DNA of 64,000 bases from Eledone cirrhosa (GCA_964016885.1 OZ024741.1:365800001-365864000), one strand, 5' to 3'; positions 37,753-51,130 are shown, counted from the stretch's first letter. The notes: generated from the letters alone by a model not told the origin. Made by a program: numbers and translations.

Positions 37753-39742
37753 TAGATAAATAAATAAATAACAAGAGAATAAATCTTTATCTGCCCAAGT
37801 ATTTGATTGTTTTGTAAGTATTCTCCGCTTTAAAAGACATAAGCTCTTATTCGGAATCTTGGCGCTATAACAATACTGCACCACTTCAGCGAACATTAGT
37901 GATTCTAGTGTTATTCATTATATGAATGCTTCTGAATATTCATCCTCTTCCATTTCACATTTTGTTAATGAACATAATTTTAACGAATGAATACAAAACC
38001 AAATTTATGTTTGCATATATAGTCATCAGCATTACACTTACACAACATTTTTTTCTTTTAAAATTGAGATCCTAGCCTTAATATATCATGGCATATAATG
38101 TTCAAATTGAATTTGTGTTTCTATATATACACTGCAGACATTAACCGAGGTGGAATGAATAGTTATATAAATATACACATGATGTATATTAAAAAGGAAA
38201 TATGTCAAATTCAAGTATTTCCTTTAATCAATTTTCGATCCTAACCGGGGTATTGAGCAAAAATTATGCACATCAATCCCAAGAAAGCCCGCAATCGGTG
38301 GCTTTATAAATCTTTGTAAATGTAGTATTAATAAGAAGAGGAATGTAACTGTTCTTTAGTTTCGTTCATTTTACACTTCTCTAGTTTTCACTATTTTATT
38401 TCTAACTGCACAGTACCTGCTTTCTCAAGACAATTTTAACTACATATTCCACTGTGCTTCATATAAACTGTAAATTGGTATTATGTGGCCAACCATGTAA
38501 ATGAATTTAGGTTAATGTGTAACTGGTTTAGTTTAACTTATAATAATTGATCAGCTACCTTTGGATATTCATAATTTTCTAAAACGTTAATATTTCGTAA
38601 AAACAAGAACAAACATTTTATATATTACGTACAAATTATTGGTAAATTATTTGGCTCTCTTAGCTGTTTGTGAAAAATCAGAGCAAATATTGAAGCAACT
38701 AAAAACTTCAGATTTACCTACTTTTGTGGCAGATAGGTGAACGCTTTTTTTCTCTACAGTTTCTACAAGGTGGAAAGGGCAGCGCGCATTATACCTTGCA
38801 GAGTGTAATAGATTACTGAGAGATAGAGCAGATGGCATCCTCAAAGCGAAGATCTGACTGCAATGATGGCAATAAAGGTGATTCGATTAAAAGCACCTAA
38901 GTCCAGTGTGTGATGTTAAATTGGGAGATGATTAATTATGTTGGCAATACTGAGATTTGAACATAATTGCTACTCCCAATTGGCCAAGTGACAGTATAGA
39001 GAATCTCTCATTGGCACACACACGTTATTATATGTATTCAACCTTCTTCAGTCATGATGACGAATATTCCCTTTGATTGACAAATGAAACAACCCGTTCG
39101 TGATATTAAGAAGCAAGTGACTGAGCATTTCACAGACAGTCAACCATGACATAATTACCAGTATTTTCAAGACTGATCATTGGCTTATTATATAACTGAT
39201 TTTAATATGGCTGCGTGAATTTGAGCAACGTAAAATGTAGTGTCTTCCTCAAGGACAAAATGTGCAATAGGAATTCGAAATAATGACCTTGTGATCGTAA
39301 ACCGAATACACTAACCTTCACGGCATACGCATTCAGAACTTGTTATAATCTATCTAACGAGTCTCCATTGATTATCTCAGAAGTATACAGCTTCTATAAT
39401 CCAACACAAATACTGTTCAGGCATACGAGAGTAGAAAGTTCGTGTCATGATAGAGAAATTGACGCAGTACATATGACAAAATTAATTTGCATAACTCATA
39501 TATCATGGCTTTATTAATGAAACTTCATATTGCAGCATTCCATTCATTCGATTCATGTTGCAAAGTGGCTTCATAAGGAATGTAAATCTGTACAATAAAG
39601 ATTTAAAATTCTCATTGGTATTTCAAATTAACCAAACTATACACATTTCCTCACGAACATATTCGTTCAATTCTTCATTTTACTTTACTCACTGGGAAGA
39701 ATAAATAGACATACACATACACCCGAGCATATATATATATAT

Positions 39743-39838
<96 letters not shown>

Positions 39839-40012
39839 ACACATACATACACACACACACACAAAAACACACAAAAACACATAAATGTGTGTATGGGTGA
39901 CTTCCCGATGGGCATCGGTAGGTCACCACGATTGAAATAGGCATTCTATACGTTAGTAGACAATAAGCAACATTATTTTATATCACGGCAGGCCATTGTA
40001 TTTTAAAAAGAA

Positions 40013-40197
40013 AAGGCGGTGGATTGGCAGTATCGGTAGAGGGTCGGACACCATGCTTTGACGCAAAGAGTTACGGCCTTTTCCATTCTGAGTTCAAATC
40101 CCGCCAAGGTTAACTTTGCCTTTCATCCTTACGAGGTCGATAAAATAAAGTATACAGAAATACACTGGGTAAGTGCCAAAAGTAGAAACAATTATTT
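40013..40197 (+). mobile_element. tRNA-derived SINE copy
   Basis: A-box-like tggcagtatcgg, B box gagttcaaatccc, conserved central domain. Confidence 0.9.
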
Positions 40198-40248
40198 TAT
40201 AGAGAATTAATTTCTACAGCACTTGAACTGTTTCATCTGTATGGAATC

Positions 40249-40299
<51 letters not shown>

Positions 40300-40367
40300 C
40301 AAGGTTTAGCAAATAAGAAAAAGTTTCAAAATAAATTTTAAAAAATTAACTTTACCTACTATGGTTA

Positions 40368-40451
40368 CCTTTACCGAATCGGTTTCGAGTCTCAAAAATA
40401 AACGGACAGTCCATACGGCATCCGTTGCAAAGATAAACTCTCGTCAGAAGG
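40368..40451 (-). ncRNA. Type-I hammerhead ribozyme (left arm)
   Basis: Reverse complement of 40832-40915. Confidence 0.8.
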
Positions 40452-40831
40452 ATCTTTTCACTCGGAGAATATAAAATTCCCGAGTTCAAATTACGAACTG
40501 GCGCTATTCAAAATTGTTCCCGAGATGAGAATAAATGAAGTGGAAGCAATTCTTTCAAGTGCCGTGTGTAAAGATAGAGGCGGAGGCAGGGAGGTCAGTA
40601 TACTCCCGCTATAGCTAGCAGCAGTCAGAACGACCAAATTGTTTCCTCAACCAAGAGAAGAATAATAATAAAGTATATGTTCCTACACGCACAAGGCGCT
40701 TAGGGACATCTTTACACACGGCACTTGAAAGAATTGCTTCCACTTCATTTATTCTCATCTCGGGAACAATTTTGAATAGCGCCGGTTCGTAATTTGAACT
40801 CGGGAATTTTATATTCTCCGAGTGAAAAGAT

Positions 40832-40915
40832 CCTTCTGACGAGAGTTTATCTTTGCAACGGATGCCGTATGGACTGTCCGTTTATTTTTGAGACTCGAAA
40901 CCGATTCGGTAAAGG
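40832..40915 (+). ncRNA. Type-I hammerhead ribozyme (right arm)
   Basis: cctt CTGACGA gagttt...agactc GAAA ccg att cgg TA aagg: canonical core, all three stems, GUA cleavage triplet. Confidence 0.82.
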
Positions 40916-41132
40916 TAACCATAGTAGGTAAAGTTAATTTTTTAAAATTTATTTTGAAACTTTTTCTTATTTGCTAAACCTTGATTATATATCTTCTGGT
41001 TCGTTAATTTATTAACCTGCCATTGAACCACATTGGCATATGGTTGGACAATACATATGTTCCTAAGCGCCTTGTGCGTGTAGGAACATACACTTTATTA
41101 TTATATATATATATATATAGATATATATATAT

Positions 41133-43555
41133 AGTATAAAAGAGAAAACACAGGTAAGCATTAAGAGAAGGATTTTATCCAGGTATTTACGACCGTTTCA
41201 TTGGTTGGTGCAACCTTATATTGCTATATTGCAAATAGCAGCCACTCAATTATAATTGTTGTTCACAGTCCAAATTTTCAAAATAGTAAGTTACTCTTGA
41301 AATAATTCTTAATATATAGAGAAGAAAAAACATTTATTTAGAATTGTATTTACTAGTATAGAGAGAGAGGAATCAGAAGGTGAGGGGACAAACGGAATAG
41401 TATAGAGAGAGAGGGAGGGGGAGAGGTAGGAAGTAGAGTGACAAACTGAGATGGAGGGAGGGGTAGAAGTGGAAGGATTCTTCGGTCTGTTTTGATAGCA
41501 GACTTCATGTCGTGGAATGTAGTGAGTTAAAGAGAATTAAATTGATCATAGTGGGAGGGATGGATAGAGAGGGAGAGAGAGAGGGGGGAGATATAAAGAG
41601 ATAAATATATATATATATATATATATAAAATAAAGGTAAAGATAATAATGACAAAAATAAAAGCAAAGAAGGGGTGAGAAAGAAGAAAAGAAAAGATAGC
41701 CAAGAAGGGGAGGGAAGGAAGGAAGAAAACGAAGAAATAGAAGAGGGAGAAGAGAGGGATATATGCATTGGTTTTGTGGGTAATTAAAAGGGTTTAGATA
41801 CAAGAGGGTATAAAGGCTATGTATATGCAGTTTGTCAGTTGGTAGTAAGAGGTTAAGAGTTCGATTTGTAGCGCGAAAACTTCTCTTTGAGTCTATAGTT
41901 ACAATAAATTGATCTTTCAATTTTATTGTTGAGTAACTTATTCTTCGAACTCAAGATGTGGAACAGCTCACGGTCGCCTAATCGACAGCTTCTCATACCA
42001 CTCCGATATGGGGGCGCGTTCGATAATTTTTTCCACTTCAGGGTGAATTGATGGTTATTTTCCCTCAACTGGGTCTTGTTTGCAAGGATAGTTACATAAC
42101 GATGCTGGGAATGTTTCATTGCGTAACGGTGTGTATACAACAATAACAATACAATCACCACCGAACACAACAGAATATCTAATACACAACCACCCGCTAA
42201 TAGGCAAACAAAACGTAACACACTTGTACAGGCATCGCAGCCCACCAATAATGCCAAAGTTGCCCATGACAAGAATTGTAACTGCCACCTACCTGAAACC
42301 TGTCCATTACATAATGAATGTATGCAGTCTAACCTGGTTTACCAATGCACAGTGGAACCAAACAACCAGAAATGGTATTACATCGGAGCGACTGGGAATA
42401 CATTTAAAGCCCGTTGGTATACACACCGTTACGCAATGAAACATTCCCAGCATCGTTATGTAACTACCCTTGCAAACAAGACCTGGCAACTGAGGAAAAG
42501 TAACCATCAATACATCCTGAAGTGGAAAAAATTATCGAACGCACCCCCATATCGGAGTGGTATGAGAAGCTGTCGATTAGGCGACCGTGAGCTGTTCCAC
42601 ATCTTGAGTTCGAAGAATAAGTTACTCAACAATAAAATCGAAAGATCAATTTATTGTAACCATAGACTCAAAGAGAAGTTTTCGCACTACAAATCGAACT
42701 CTTAACCTCTTACTACCAACTGACAAACTGCATATACTTAGCCTTTATACCCTCTTGTTGTATCTAAACCCTTTTAATTACCCACAAAACCAATGCATAT
42801 ATCCCTCTCTTCTCCCTCTTCTATTTCTTCGTTTTTCTTCCTTCCTTTCCTCCCCTTCTTGGCTATCTTTTCTTTTCTTCTTTCTCACCCCCTTCTTTGC
42901 TTTTATTTTTGTCATTATTATCTTTACCTTTATTTTATATATATATATATATATATGTATCTCTTTATATCTCCCCCTCTCTCTCCCTCTCTATCCATCC
43001 CTCCCACTATGATCAATTTAATTCTCTTTAACTCACTACATTCCACGACATGAAGTCTGCTATCAAAACTGACCAAAGAATCCTTCCACCTCTACCCCTC
43101 CCTCCATCTCAGTTTGTCACTCTACTTCCTACCTCTCCCCCTTCCTCTCTCTCTATACTATTCCGTTTGTCCCCTCATCTTCTGATTCCTCTCTCTCTAT
43201 ACTAGTAAATACAATTCTAAATAAATGTTTTTTTTCTATATATATTAAGAATTATTTCAAGAGTACTTACTATTTTGAAAATTTGGACTGTGAACAACAA
43301 TTATAATTTAGTGGCTGCTATTTGCAGTCTAGCAATATAAGGTTGCACTTACCAATGGAACGATCGTAAATACCTGGATAAAATCCTTCTCTTAATGCTT
43401 ACCTGTATTTTCTCTTTTATACTTTATACTCCAAGATTGAACGGAATTCTTACAAACTTGTGGAGTTATCCCTAACCGTACGTTAAAACTATCCATGAAA
43501 CTGGCTTTCTTAACCAAGAACTGGATCATAATAAGCAATTCTTTGCTTCTCTAAC
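41133..43555. mobile_element. Fold-back Penelope-like (Naiad-type) element: ~1-kb inverted arms with GIY-YIG domain
   Basis: 41133-42136 is the reverse complement of ~42418-43420; + strand encodes CNCHLPETCPL..NLVYQC..WYYIGATGNTFKARW..LLNNKIERSI (42322..42705); (TA)n flanks. Confidence 0.9.
41184..41285 (-). ncRNA. Hammerhead motif, U3-A8 variant with long loop II
   Basis: tatt TTGAAAA tttgg...ccaat GAAA cggtcg TA aata; the partner at 43271-43372(+) has GAAA changed to GGAA. Confidence 0.6.
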
Positions 43556-43637
43556 TATATATATATATATAAAGATGAAATAAAAAATGCAACTGAAGTC
43601 TTATTTTTAAAAAAATTTATATATATTTATTTGGTTC

Positions 43638-43673
43638 CTTTACCGGTTTCGCAGTTCTTCTGCTTTTCAAAAG
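43638..43673 (-). ncRNA. Minimal type-I hammerhead, U3-A8 variant
   Basis: ctt TTGAAAA gcag aagaa ctgc GAAA ccgg TA aag. Confidence 0.75.
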
Positions 43674-43747
43674 TAGAGTTGAGATGGGGGTCTGGTTTTT
43701 CTCACATCTGATGTGAAAAAGACCACAGACTCTCCATCTCAACTCTA

Positions 43748-43783
43748 CTTTTGAAAAGCAGAAAAACTGCGAAACCGGTAAAG
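43748..43783 (+). ncRNA. Minimal type-I hammerhead, U3-A8 variant
   Basis: ctt TTGAAAA gcag aaaaa ctgc GAAA ccgg TA aag; palindromic ACCGGT stem III. Confidence 0.75.
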
Positions 43784-44113
43784 GAACCAAATAAATATAT
43801 ATATTTTTTTTAAATAAGACTCGAGCTGCATTTTCGATTTCAATTTTTTTTCTTTACACCTTCACTCGTGTAGGCCAGCTCGGTTATTTTTAATTTTGTA
43901 AAAAAAACCTCACTTTCTAATATATATATATATTCAGTTATTAGGAGTATTCCAAAGCTTGGTAGAACAAGTTGTGAGGAAAGTTCTCAACATACGTTAA
44001 GGTGACTCGACAGGTTGGTAGGGATTCTGTAGTGGAAACACGAACAAACGAGGAGTGTAATCAAAGAAGAGAAATAGGACGAAGGTAAACAATTACAAAA
44101 GAATTTAATCCAC

Positions 44114-44214
44114 GTATTTACAATTGTTTCATCAGAATTTCAGTCCATTATTGCTACACTATGTTATAATAGGCAATTAAGAAAGATACTGTGGCATCCG
44201 AATTTTCAAAATAC
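44114..44214 (-). ncRNA. Hammerhead motif, U3-A8 variant with long loop II, in the pLTR
   Basis: gtatt TTGAAAA ttcgga...tctgat GAAA caattg TA aatac; 5-bp stem I, palindromic ACAATTGT stem III. Confidence 0.68.
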
Positions 44215-44572
44215 AAAGTTGGAATGACCTTAGGAAATGAAATAAGGGGTAGTAGTGTAAGATAGAGGAACAGAGAGAGAGAGAGGGGCAAAATAGAGGG
44301 AGAGAGAGAGAAAAGGGATAGAGGAAGGGAGAGAAAGAGAAAGAGATAGTGTGGTGTGAGAGGATTTGTATAGGGAGGGGGAGGAGGGATGTGTGCTAAA
44401 AGTTGTGATGAGTAGAGGGAGAGAGAAGGAAGATAGAATTTTAAGAGGCATTTGGAAGTGGACAGGCGAAAGTCTTACCAGAGAACAGATGAAGGAAGAA
44501 AGTATTAAATTTCATATATAGTCTATTTTTAGGAGTGTAGAATTGTTATTTAGGGTAGAAAGATAGGTAGTG

Positions 44573-46750
44573 TTAGGATTTGGTTGAAGGTTTGAAGTGT
44601 GAGAATTTCGCTTTCAGTTTATGCTGGCAAAAAATTGACCTTTCAATTTTGTTGTTGAGTAGTTGGTGGCTTGAGCTTAGAATATGGAAGAGCTCATTAT
44701 TACACAACGGGCACGTTTTCATCTCACTCCGGTATGGAGGAGCATGTGAGAGTTTGGTCCATTTAAGGGTGTATTGTCGGTTACTCCCTTTTAAGTGCCA
44801 AATTTTGTCGGCGAGAGTCGTTACGTAACGGTGTTGGTGGTGCTTTATTGCGTAACGATGCGTGTACCAACGAGTTTTGAAGGTGTTTGCAGTGCTGCCT
44901 ATGTAGTACCAGGTTTGGTTGCCCCACTCAACCGAGCACCTGTATACTAGGTTTGAATGCAAACATTCGTTATTCAATGGACAAGTCTCTGGAAGGTGGC
45001 AATAACAATTTCCGTTATGGGCAGTGGTGGAGTTATAGGTGTGCTGGGATGTGTGTGTGAGTGTGTTTTGTGCATACTGATTGTTAGTGGGTGGTTGTGT
45101 ATTAGGTGTATTATTGTGTTGAGCGATTGGGGTGTTGTTGTTACGGAGTTTTTTGGCGTTGAGCATCTTAATGTGTGCGTCTAGGTTTGGTGCAGTTGAA
45201 TAAGATAGTCTAATTGTTTTGGTATTAAGTATACTACTATATTTATGTGAATTTTGAAAGTGTTTTTTTATAATTTTGTAGAATGTGGAAGGTAAGTTAG
45301 AGCTAATAGAAGAGTTAAAAATAGGATTATACCAAATGTAAGATCTACTCCGTGTTCTGTTTTGCTTTGATGTTGCTGTTGTATTTGTGGTGTGGTTAGT
45401 ATTAGGGGGTCTAGGTGCGTGTGTGCGGGTGTTTGTGCGGCGTTTGGCGTGTCTGTGGTTATGTGTTTTATGGTTGTGTGGGTTCATGTATTCTTGTTTG
45501 TCGGTGTGGCCAGCCCGTTCTAATGCAGTGTTGTAGTATTCAGCGTGTTGATCGAATATTTGTTGGTTAGATGAGAGGCGGGATATTCTAAGTGATATAC
45601 TATGTGGCACGGACCTTATAATAGATAGTGGGTGGTTAGAGCTAGTGTGGATGTAGGTGAGGTTCTCATTGTTTTTGTGAAAGGGTGTGATAATTTGGGT
45701 GTTGAGGTTGAAGGTGGCATCTAGGAAGTTAACTACTTTGGTACTATATTCGTAGGTGATTTTAAGGCCAAGGCTATCTAGGGTTCTTCTAATGCTCTTA
45801 CGGGTTCGTTCTATGTTTTGTTTATTCATGTTTTTAACTAATAGGAGAGCGTCATCTCTATATATTCCGCCTTGAAGGTAACTAACTTTATTATGTAAGG
45901 TGTGGGCTATGTATATACCAACAATATCCGTAACTTGTGCTGAGTCATTAGCATCCATAGTTATGTCAAAGTTATCTATTCTATCCTTACGTATCCAAAA
46001 GTTATTTTCAAATTTAATTATCGTCTTTCTAGCTGCTAGGATAATGTTTATTTCGTCGTCGGTTAAGTCAGAGTTGGCTTTCGCAAATTCTAGTGCCTTG
46101 TTTAGAGTACCGGGTGATATGGAGGAGCAATAGTCATTAATGTCGAATTGTATAAAGTTAGAGGTGTTTTTGTTATCTATACTATTAAACCATTTAATTG
46201 TGTCGCTAGTATTGTCCCAAAGTTTAATAACTAGTTTATTCCTTAATTGTATTATTATTCTATCTAAAATATGCTTGCTAATTTATCCTATGTCTGACTT
46301 AGATGGGCATATTAATCTAATAGTGGGTTTATCTAGGAAATCTAATTTGTGGTCCTTAAGATTAAAGGTGGGGGTGCAAGTTGTCATGGGCTCAGTTCTA
46401 TCTTCAAGTTCTAGACTTTTGACAATATGGTGTGCTTGTTTGTTGATGTTAAGTAGTGCTTTGTTATTGGTTTTCTTATATTTTTTATGTAATTCCTTTC
46501 GTATAAGGTCGTGGTAAGTATTAATGTCCATTGTGTACACGTTAGATGTTTTATCCGCTTTGACAATAATCCCGTTAGTGGTGCGCAGCTTGTTTAGAAA
46601 GGTATCCATGTCTTTATGAAGCTTGTTGGTTTTGAACTTCTTATATTTAGTATTCATGACCATTTTAAGTAAGTCCTGTTCGAAGGCGTCCAGTAGAGGG
46701 TTAGTGGGTGGGTTTTTACAGGAGTTGAACCCATATGTATTCTTTCCAGA
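44573..46750 (-). pseudogene. PLE reverse transcriptase and GIY-YIG endonuclease, one reading frame with a single premature TAA at 46283-46285
   Basis: 46283..46765 and 44573..45958 share a frame; the gap translates cleanly (FIQFDINDY, FDITM). Motifs KADKT, GIYRDDAL, VNFLD, SSNHP, CYC..CPL..C, LVY..YYIGST. Confidence 0.92.
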
Positions 46751-46812
46751 GTTCTGATGAAACAATTGTAAATTCTTTTGTAATTGTTTACCTTCGTCCT
46801 ATTTCTTCTTTG

Positions 46813-46852
<40 letters not shown>

Positions 46853-48649
46853 ATACTGAAATAGTGCTTCCGCTGTAATTTTGACTAGGTAAGCTAGCCT
46901 AATAGTTGGAGTCAAAAATACGGCGGAAGCTTTATTTCACTATCTAATCTTAAAATTCTCCGCTGTTTATAAACAAACCTAATTTTCAAAACAACGCTAA
47001 GCTCTGTATCTTATGTATATAGGTATTAAAGGTGGAAATTATTTGCGTCCGTAGGCTGGTTGCCGAATGAGCACTCGATACTCTTGGGGAGCAGAGTATC
47101 AATAATATTAATATTTGAGAGAACAAATGTTAACAGATATCTGAGGAGATTCCGATCCAGAGTCAGGTTCGATCATTAATACATCGTTCCCCGAGCTGAT
47201 GGTCAGTGAAACATACTGACTCTGTGTATATATACATATATATATAAGTGCCCGCAAGCGTGTGTGTGCGCAACTGTGTATTTAAATAGATGGGTTCTTG
47301 GAATAATACATATTATTTTAAATAAAACTATGTTGAGTCTCGTAATAAAAATAGTCTATGTATTACATGTTGCAGTTTGTTTAGTAGCTAAGATTAAAGG
47401 ACTGACCAACACAAGTGTTTCGTTTTCTGAAGACTCGTCGTGTTTGCTTGCCGCAAATCTGAACAACTTGCGTACAGAATATTACTTGTTAAGAACACCG
47501 GAACCAAACTCTTTATCATGCAGTGTCGTTTATCCTGTGTATGCCTAAAGCGCGGGGATTTAATAACAATACCACTCACATTCTATTTTTTTCCATAAAT
47601 ACTTGAGTTTGTTTTCTCAATATCCATTAAGATTACGTATCTCAACTTTCAGCTGCCGCTCTTATGAAGCGTAAATCTTCTTATCGAAGGTGTAAACAAC
47701 CCATTATTGCTATGTTTGTCATTTAATAATAAATCCATTTTCTGAAGTTTGATATTTAATGAACAAATCATTGTAGATTTGCTTTGAAATGTGTTATGGA
47801 TAGATAATCTTGAACTTAAATATGCGTGGTGCAGTGGAATTGTGTCGGTGACAAGGTCATATACGTAACAGAGAACATATTGACACTCTATCATATATGA
47901 TACTGGCATATAGGACCATTTATCTGAATAAATGGCCATGAATATGAAGGCATACCATAGTCGAAAACTGCTAATATAATTTAGCGTCATCGCAAGAATA
48001 CATCTATATGCATACCATACATACATATATATGTATATATATATATGTGTGTGTTTGTGTATGTATGTATATTGTATATATATACTTATACATGCATACA
48101 CACACATACACCCCCTCCACCCCCCACATATATATATGCATACATACATGCATACACACACATACACACATACACACACACACATAAATATAACCTCACC
48201 AACCACACAAGAAACAATTTTTCGCCTCCTCTTTATCTGTATTGCTACCAACATTGTCTGTGACCACTGTTGTTCCGTTTGTGGATCCTTATACAAACAA
48301 GCCACCATCTGGCTGACCTATTTGCAGAACACATTAGGTAGATGCTGCTTGAAAAAGACACCCATGTCACCCGTCACTTTCGATAGCCCAACCAGTCTAC
48401 ACGCAACCTTTCTGCTTTGCATCAGAACGGAGCAGAAGGTAATTTTTCACCTTGAAACTATTTTCCCGAGTGGCCTCAACTCCTCCTCCCCACAGATTCT
48501 ATCACTTGTTCACACACCCTATTCGAATCAACACACGAATACACACACAAACACATTCAAAATACCTCTATATACCACCCAACACAATGCATAGACTGCA
48601 AATGAAGCTCACAAACTAACTGCAAAACTAGAAACCTAATTTATAACAT

Positions 48650-49440
48650 GAGATTACTGAGGGGCAGTGTAGGAATAAGAACACAATTTACATAGGTGAG
48701 ATAGCCCGTAGCATAGGAAAAAGGATAAATGAACACTGGCAAGATCTCCAAGATGGGGAGAGCTCATCAGCACTCCACCAACATGCCAAAATAGAACATA
48801 GGGGGACATTAGATAACATAGACATGAAAATGTTATCCGCACACGGAAAAAACGCAATGTTCCGACAGATTACAGAGTCGACAAACATAAACGAACTCCA
48901 ACCAAAATTAAACAGTAAACACGAGTGGAATAGCAACAACATGACAACTAGTAATTAAGGACAATATAAAGAGGTACAGAGACACACAAGTACCAAACTA
49001 ATTAAGGGCAAGATAAAGACATACAGAGACACACGAGAACCAAACTAATAAAACAAACCAAACACAAAAAGATAGAACAAGCAACCAAATAATCACAAAC
49101 AAATAAACATATACATGAATAAATAAACACACACACACACACACACACATACACACACATACACACACATACACACGGATATAACGCTTACGTAAACGAA
49201 GTAAATATCACACAACACACAAAAGCAAGATGGTGTAGGACCAAAAACACGAGAGACACAAAATAACAAATCAGTTACTGAGGAGGTCACAGAATATGGG
49301 GAAAGTGTTTTGACAATAAATAAACAATCATCCGGTTATTGAACCAACCAATCGGAAATTTGTAATAAATTGATGTGAAAACCAACAGGTGAGTGTCTAT
49401 TTACTGCCAGCATGTCCCACGCAAATATAACAATATATAT
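48650..49440 (+). mobile_element. Decayed Penelope-like fragment, family 2 (GIY-YIG and 3' region)
   Basis: YIGEIARSIGKRINEHW...RQITES..I...PKLNSKHEW across frameshifts. Confidence 0.7.
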
Positions 49441-49561
49441 ATATAATATAAATGTTAAATATAGGGCGAAAATATATTATAAATAATTTTCAATACAGTT
49501 GGCTCCATTCTTAACAAATACCGCTAATTTTCTTCTTTTCATCTATTTTAAGCAAACCTTC

Positions 49562-49688
<127 letters not shown>

Positions 49689-50036
49689 TATATACATATA
49701 TATACACACGAATAAATACCATATTTCAATAGACTTGATTAGTTTATGTATACAAGTAGAAACAATGACGGAAGTGTAATATTCTGATGAAATGAATAAA
49801 AATAAAATATTATTCCTTTTTAAAATTAGCATAGTCACTTAAATATTTTCTTTTCCATCCTTTGCTCATCCGTTTCTCTCACCAAGTCACTTCCTCCTTC
49901 CCCACGTCTACGCAGTAACGTAGCGAACTATCTATACATGTTCTGGAGCAGCGTAGCTATGTTGTAAAAAATTCAAGAAATAAGTTGGAATATTTCTTTT
50001 TGTCTATTCCTAATTGCATTAACTATGTGATTCTTT

Positions 50037-50115
<79 letters not shown>

Positions 50116-50274
50116 TTTGAGGGGGCATACATACATTCACGTACGCAAACTCAGACACAAAATCACACACCAAAAAAAAAAAATAATATATATATATTGA
50201 TCTATCAGTCTTCCTCTCTTCTCTCTCTAACTAGACTCTCTCTCTGCATATATATTTATATATCTGTGTGTGTT

Positions 50275-50305
<31 letters not shown>

Positions 50306-50491
50306 ATATATACATATATATATACATATATATTAATATTATGGTTAATATCAATATTCTCCAATTACCAGTATGAGAGTAACTCGAAGTAAAGTAACAA
50401 ATATAATACACAGCTGGAATACTTTGAAGTATATATATATATATAGCTGTCAAAACGGCGGGACCTCAGCCATCGGGGTCCTGACTCTTTT

Positions 50492-50544
<53 letters not shown>

Positions 50545-50820
50545 TTAAAGGTTAAACAAGGTTCAATGAATAAATCAAAGAATGAGTTTTACAATAGATT
50601 GGAAGCACTCAACAGTTTTTGGTTTTCCGGAGTTATTAATATTAATTCAAAATATTAACAAAAATAGACATTCGTGTGATCAAGTATATTTTATTATACA
50701 TATTTGCCAGGTACTGAGCTATCTTCAACCGTACGTCCTCATCTGATAAAATAAGATGATACATGACATACCCTGACATAGTAGATGGTTAAGATTCAGT
50801 CATGGTAGTATAATATATAT

Positions 50821-51012
50821 ATAATTGTTTCTACTATTGGCACAAGGCCAGAAAATTACCCAGTACATTACTGGTACTTTATTTTATCGACCCCGTAAGG
50901 ATGAAAGGCAAAGTTAACCTCGGCGGGATTTGAACTCAGAATGGCAAGGGCCGTAACTCTATGCGTCAAAGCATGGCGTCCGAACCTCTACCGATACTGC
51001 CAATCCACCGCC
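50821..51012 (-). mobile_element. tRNA-derived SINE, full length
   Basis: Reverse complement of 51335-51527 with few differences. Confidence 0.92.
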
Positions 51013-51032
51013 ATTATATATATATAATATAG

Positions 51033-51129
<97 letters not shown>

Positions 51130-51130
<1 letters not shown>

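Larger units (their letters stand above)
40293..41105. mobile_element. Non-coding fold-back element with ~280-bp near-perfect inverted arms, each carrying a hammerhead (probable non-autonomous PLE derivative)
   Basis: 40293-40575 is the reverse complement of ~40711-40990; second inverted pair 40660-40709 / 41055-41105; (TA)n on both flanks. Confidence 0.8.
43570..43860. mobile_element. Miniature fold-back element with a minimal hammerhead in each arm
   Basis: About 43585-43700 is the reverse complement of 43725-43840; (TA)n nearby on both sides. Confidence 0.75.
43935..46817 (-). mobile_element. Penelope-like element (Naiad-type), 5'-truncated with an inverted pLTR stub
   Basis: RT + GIY-YIG ORF, 3' pLTR with hammerhead; 46750-46817 is an inverted copy of 44058-44140; (TA)n on both flanks. 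Confidence 0.9.

Noticed and set aside
44573-46750. Selenocysteine recoding, reported for some Naiad elements
   Set aside because: The only in-frame interruption is TAA, not TGA, and the cysteines use normal codons
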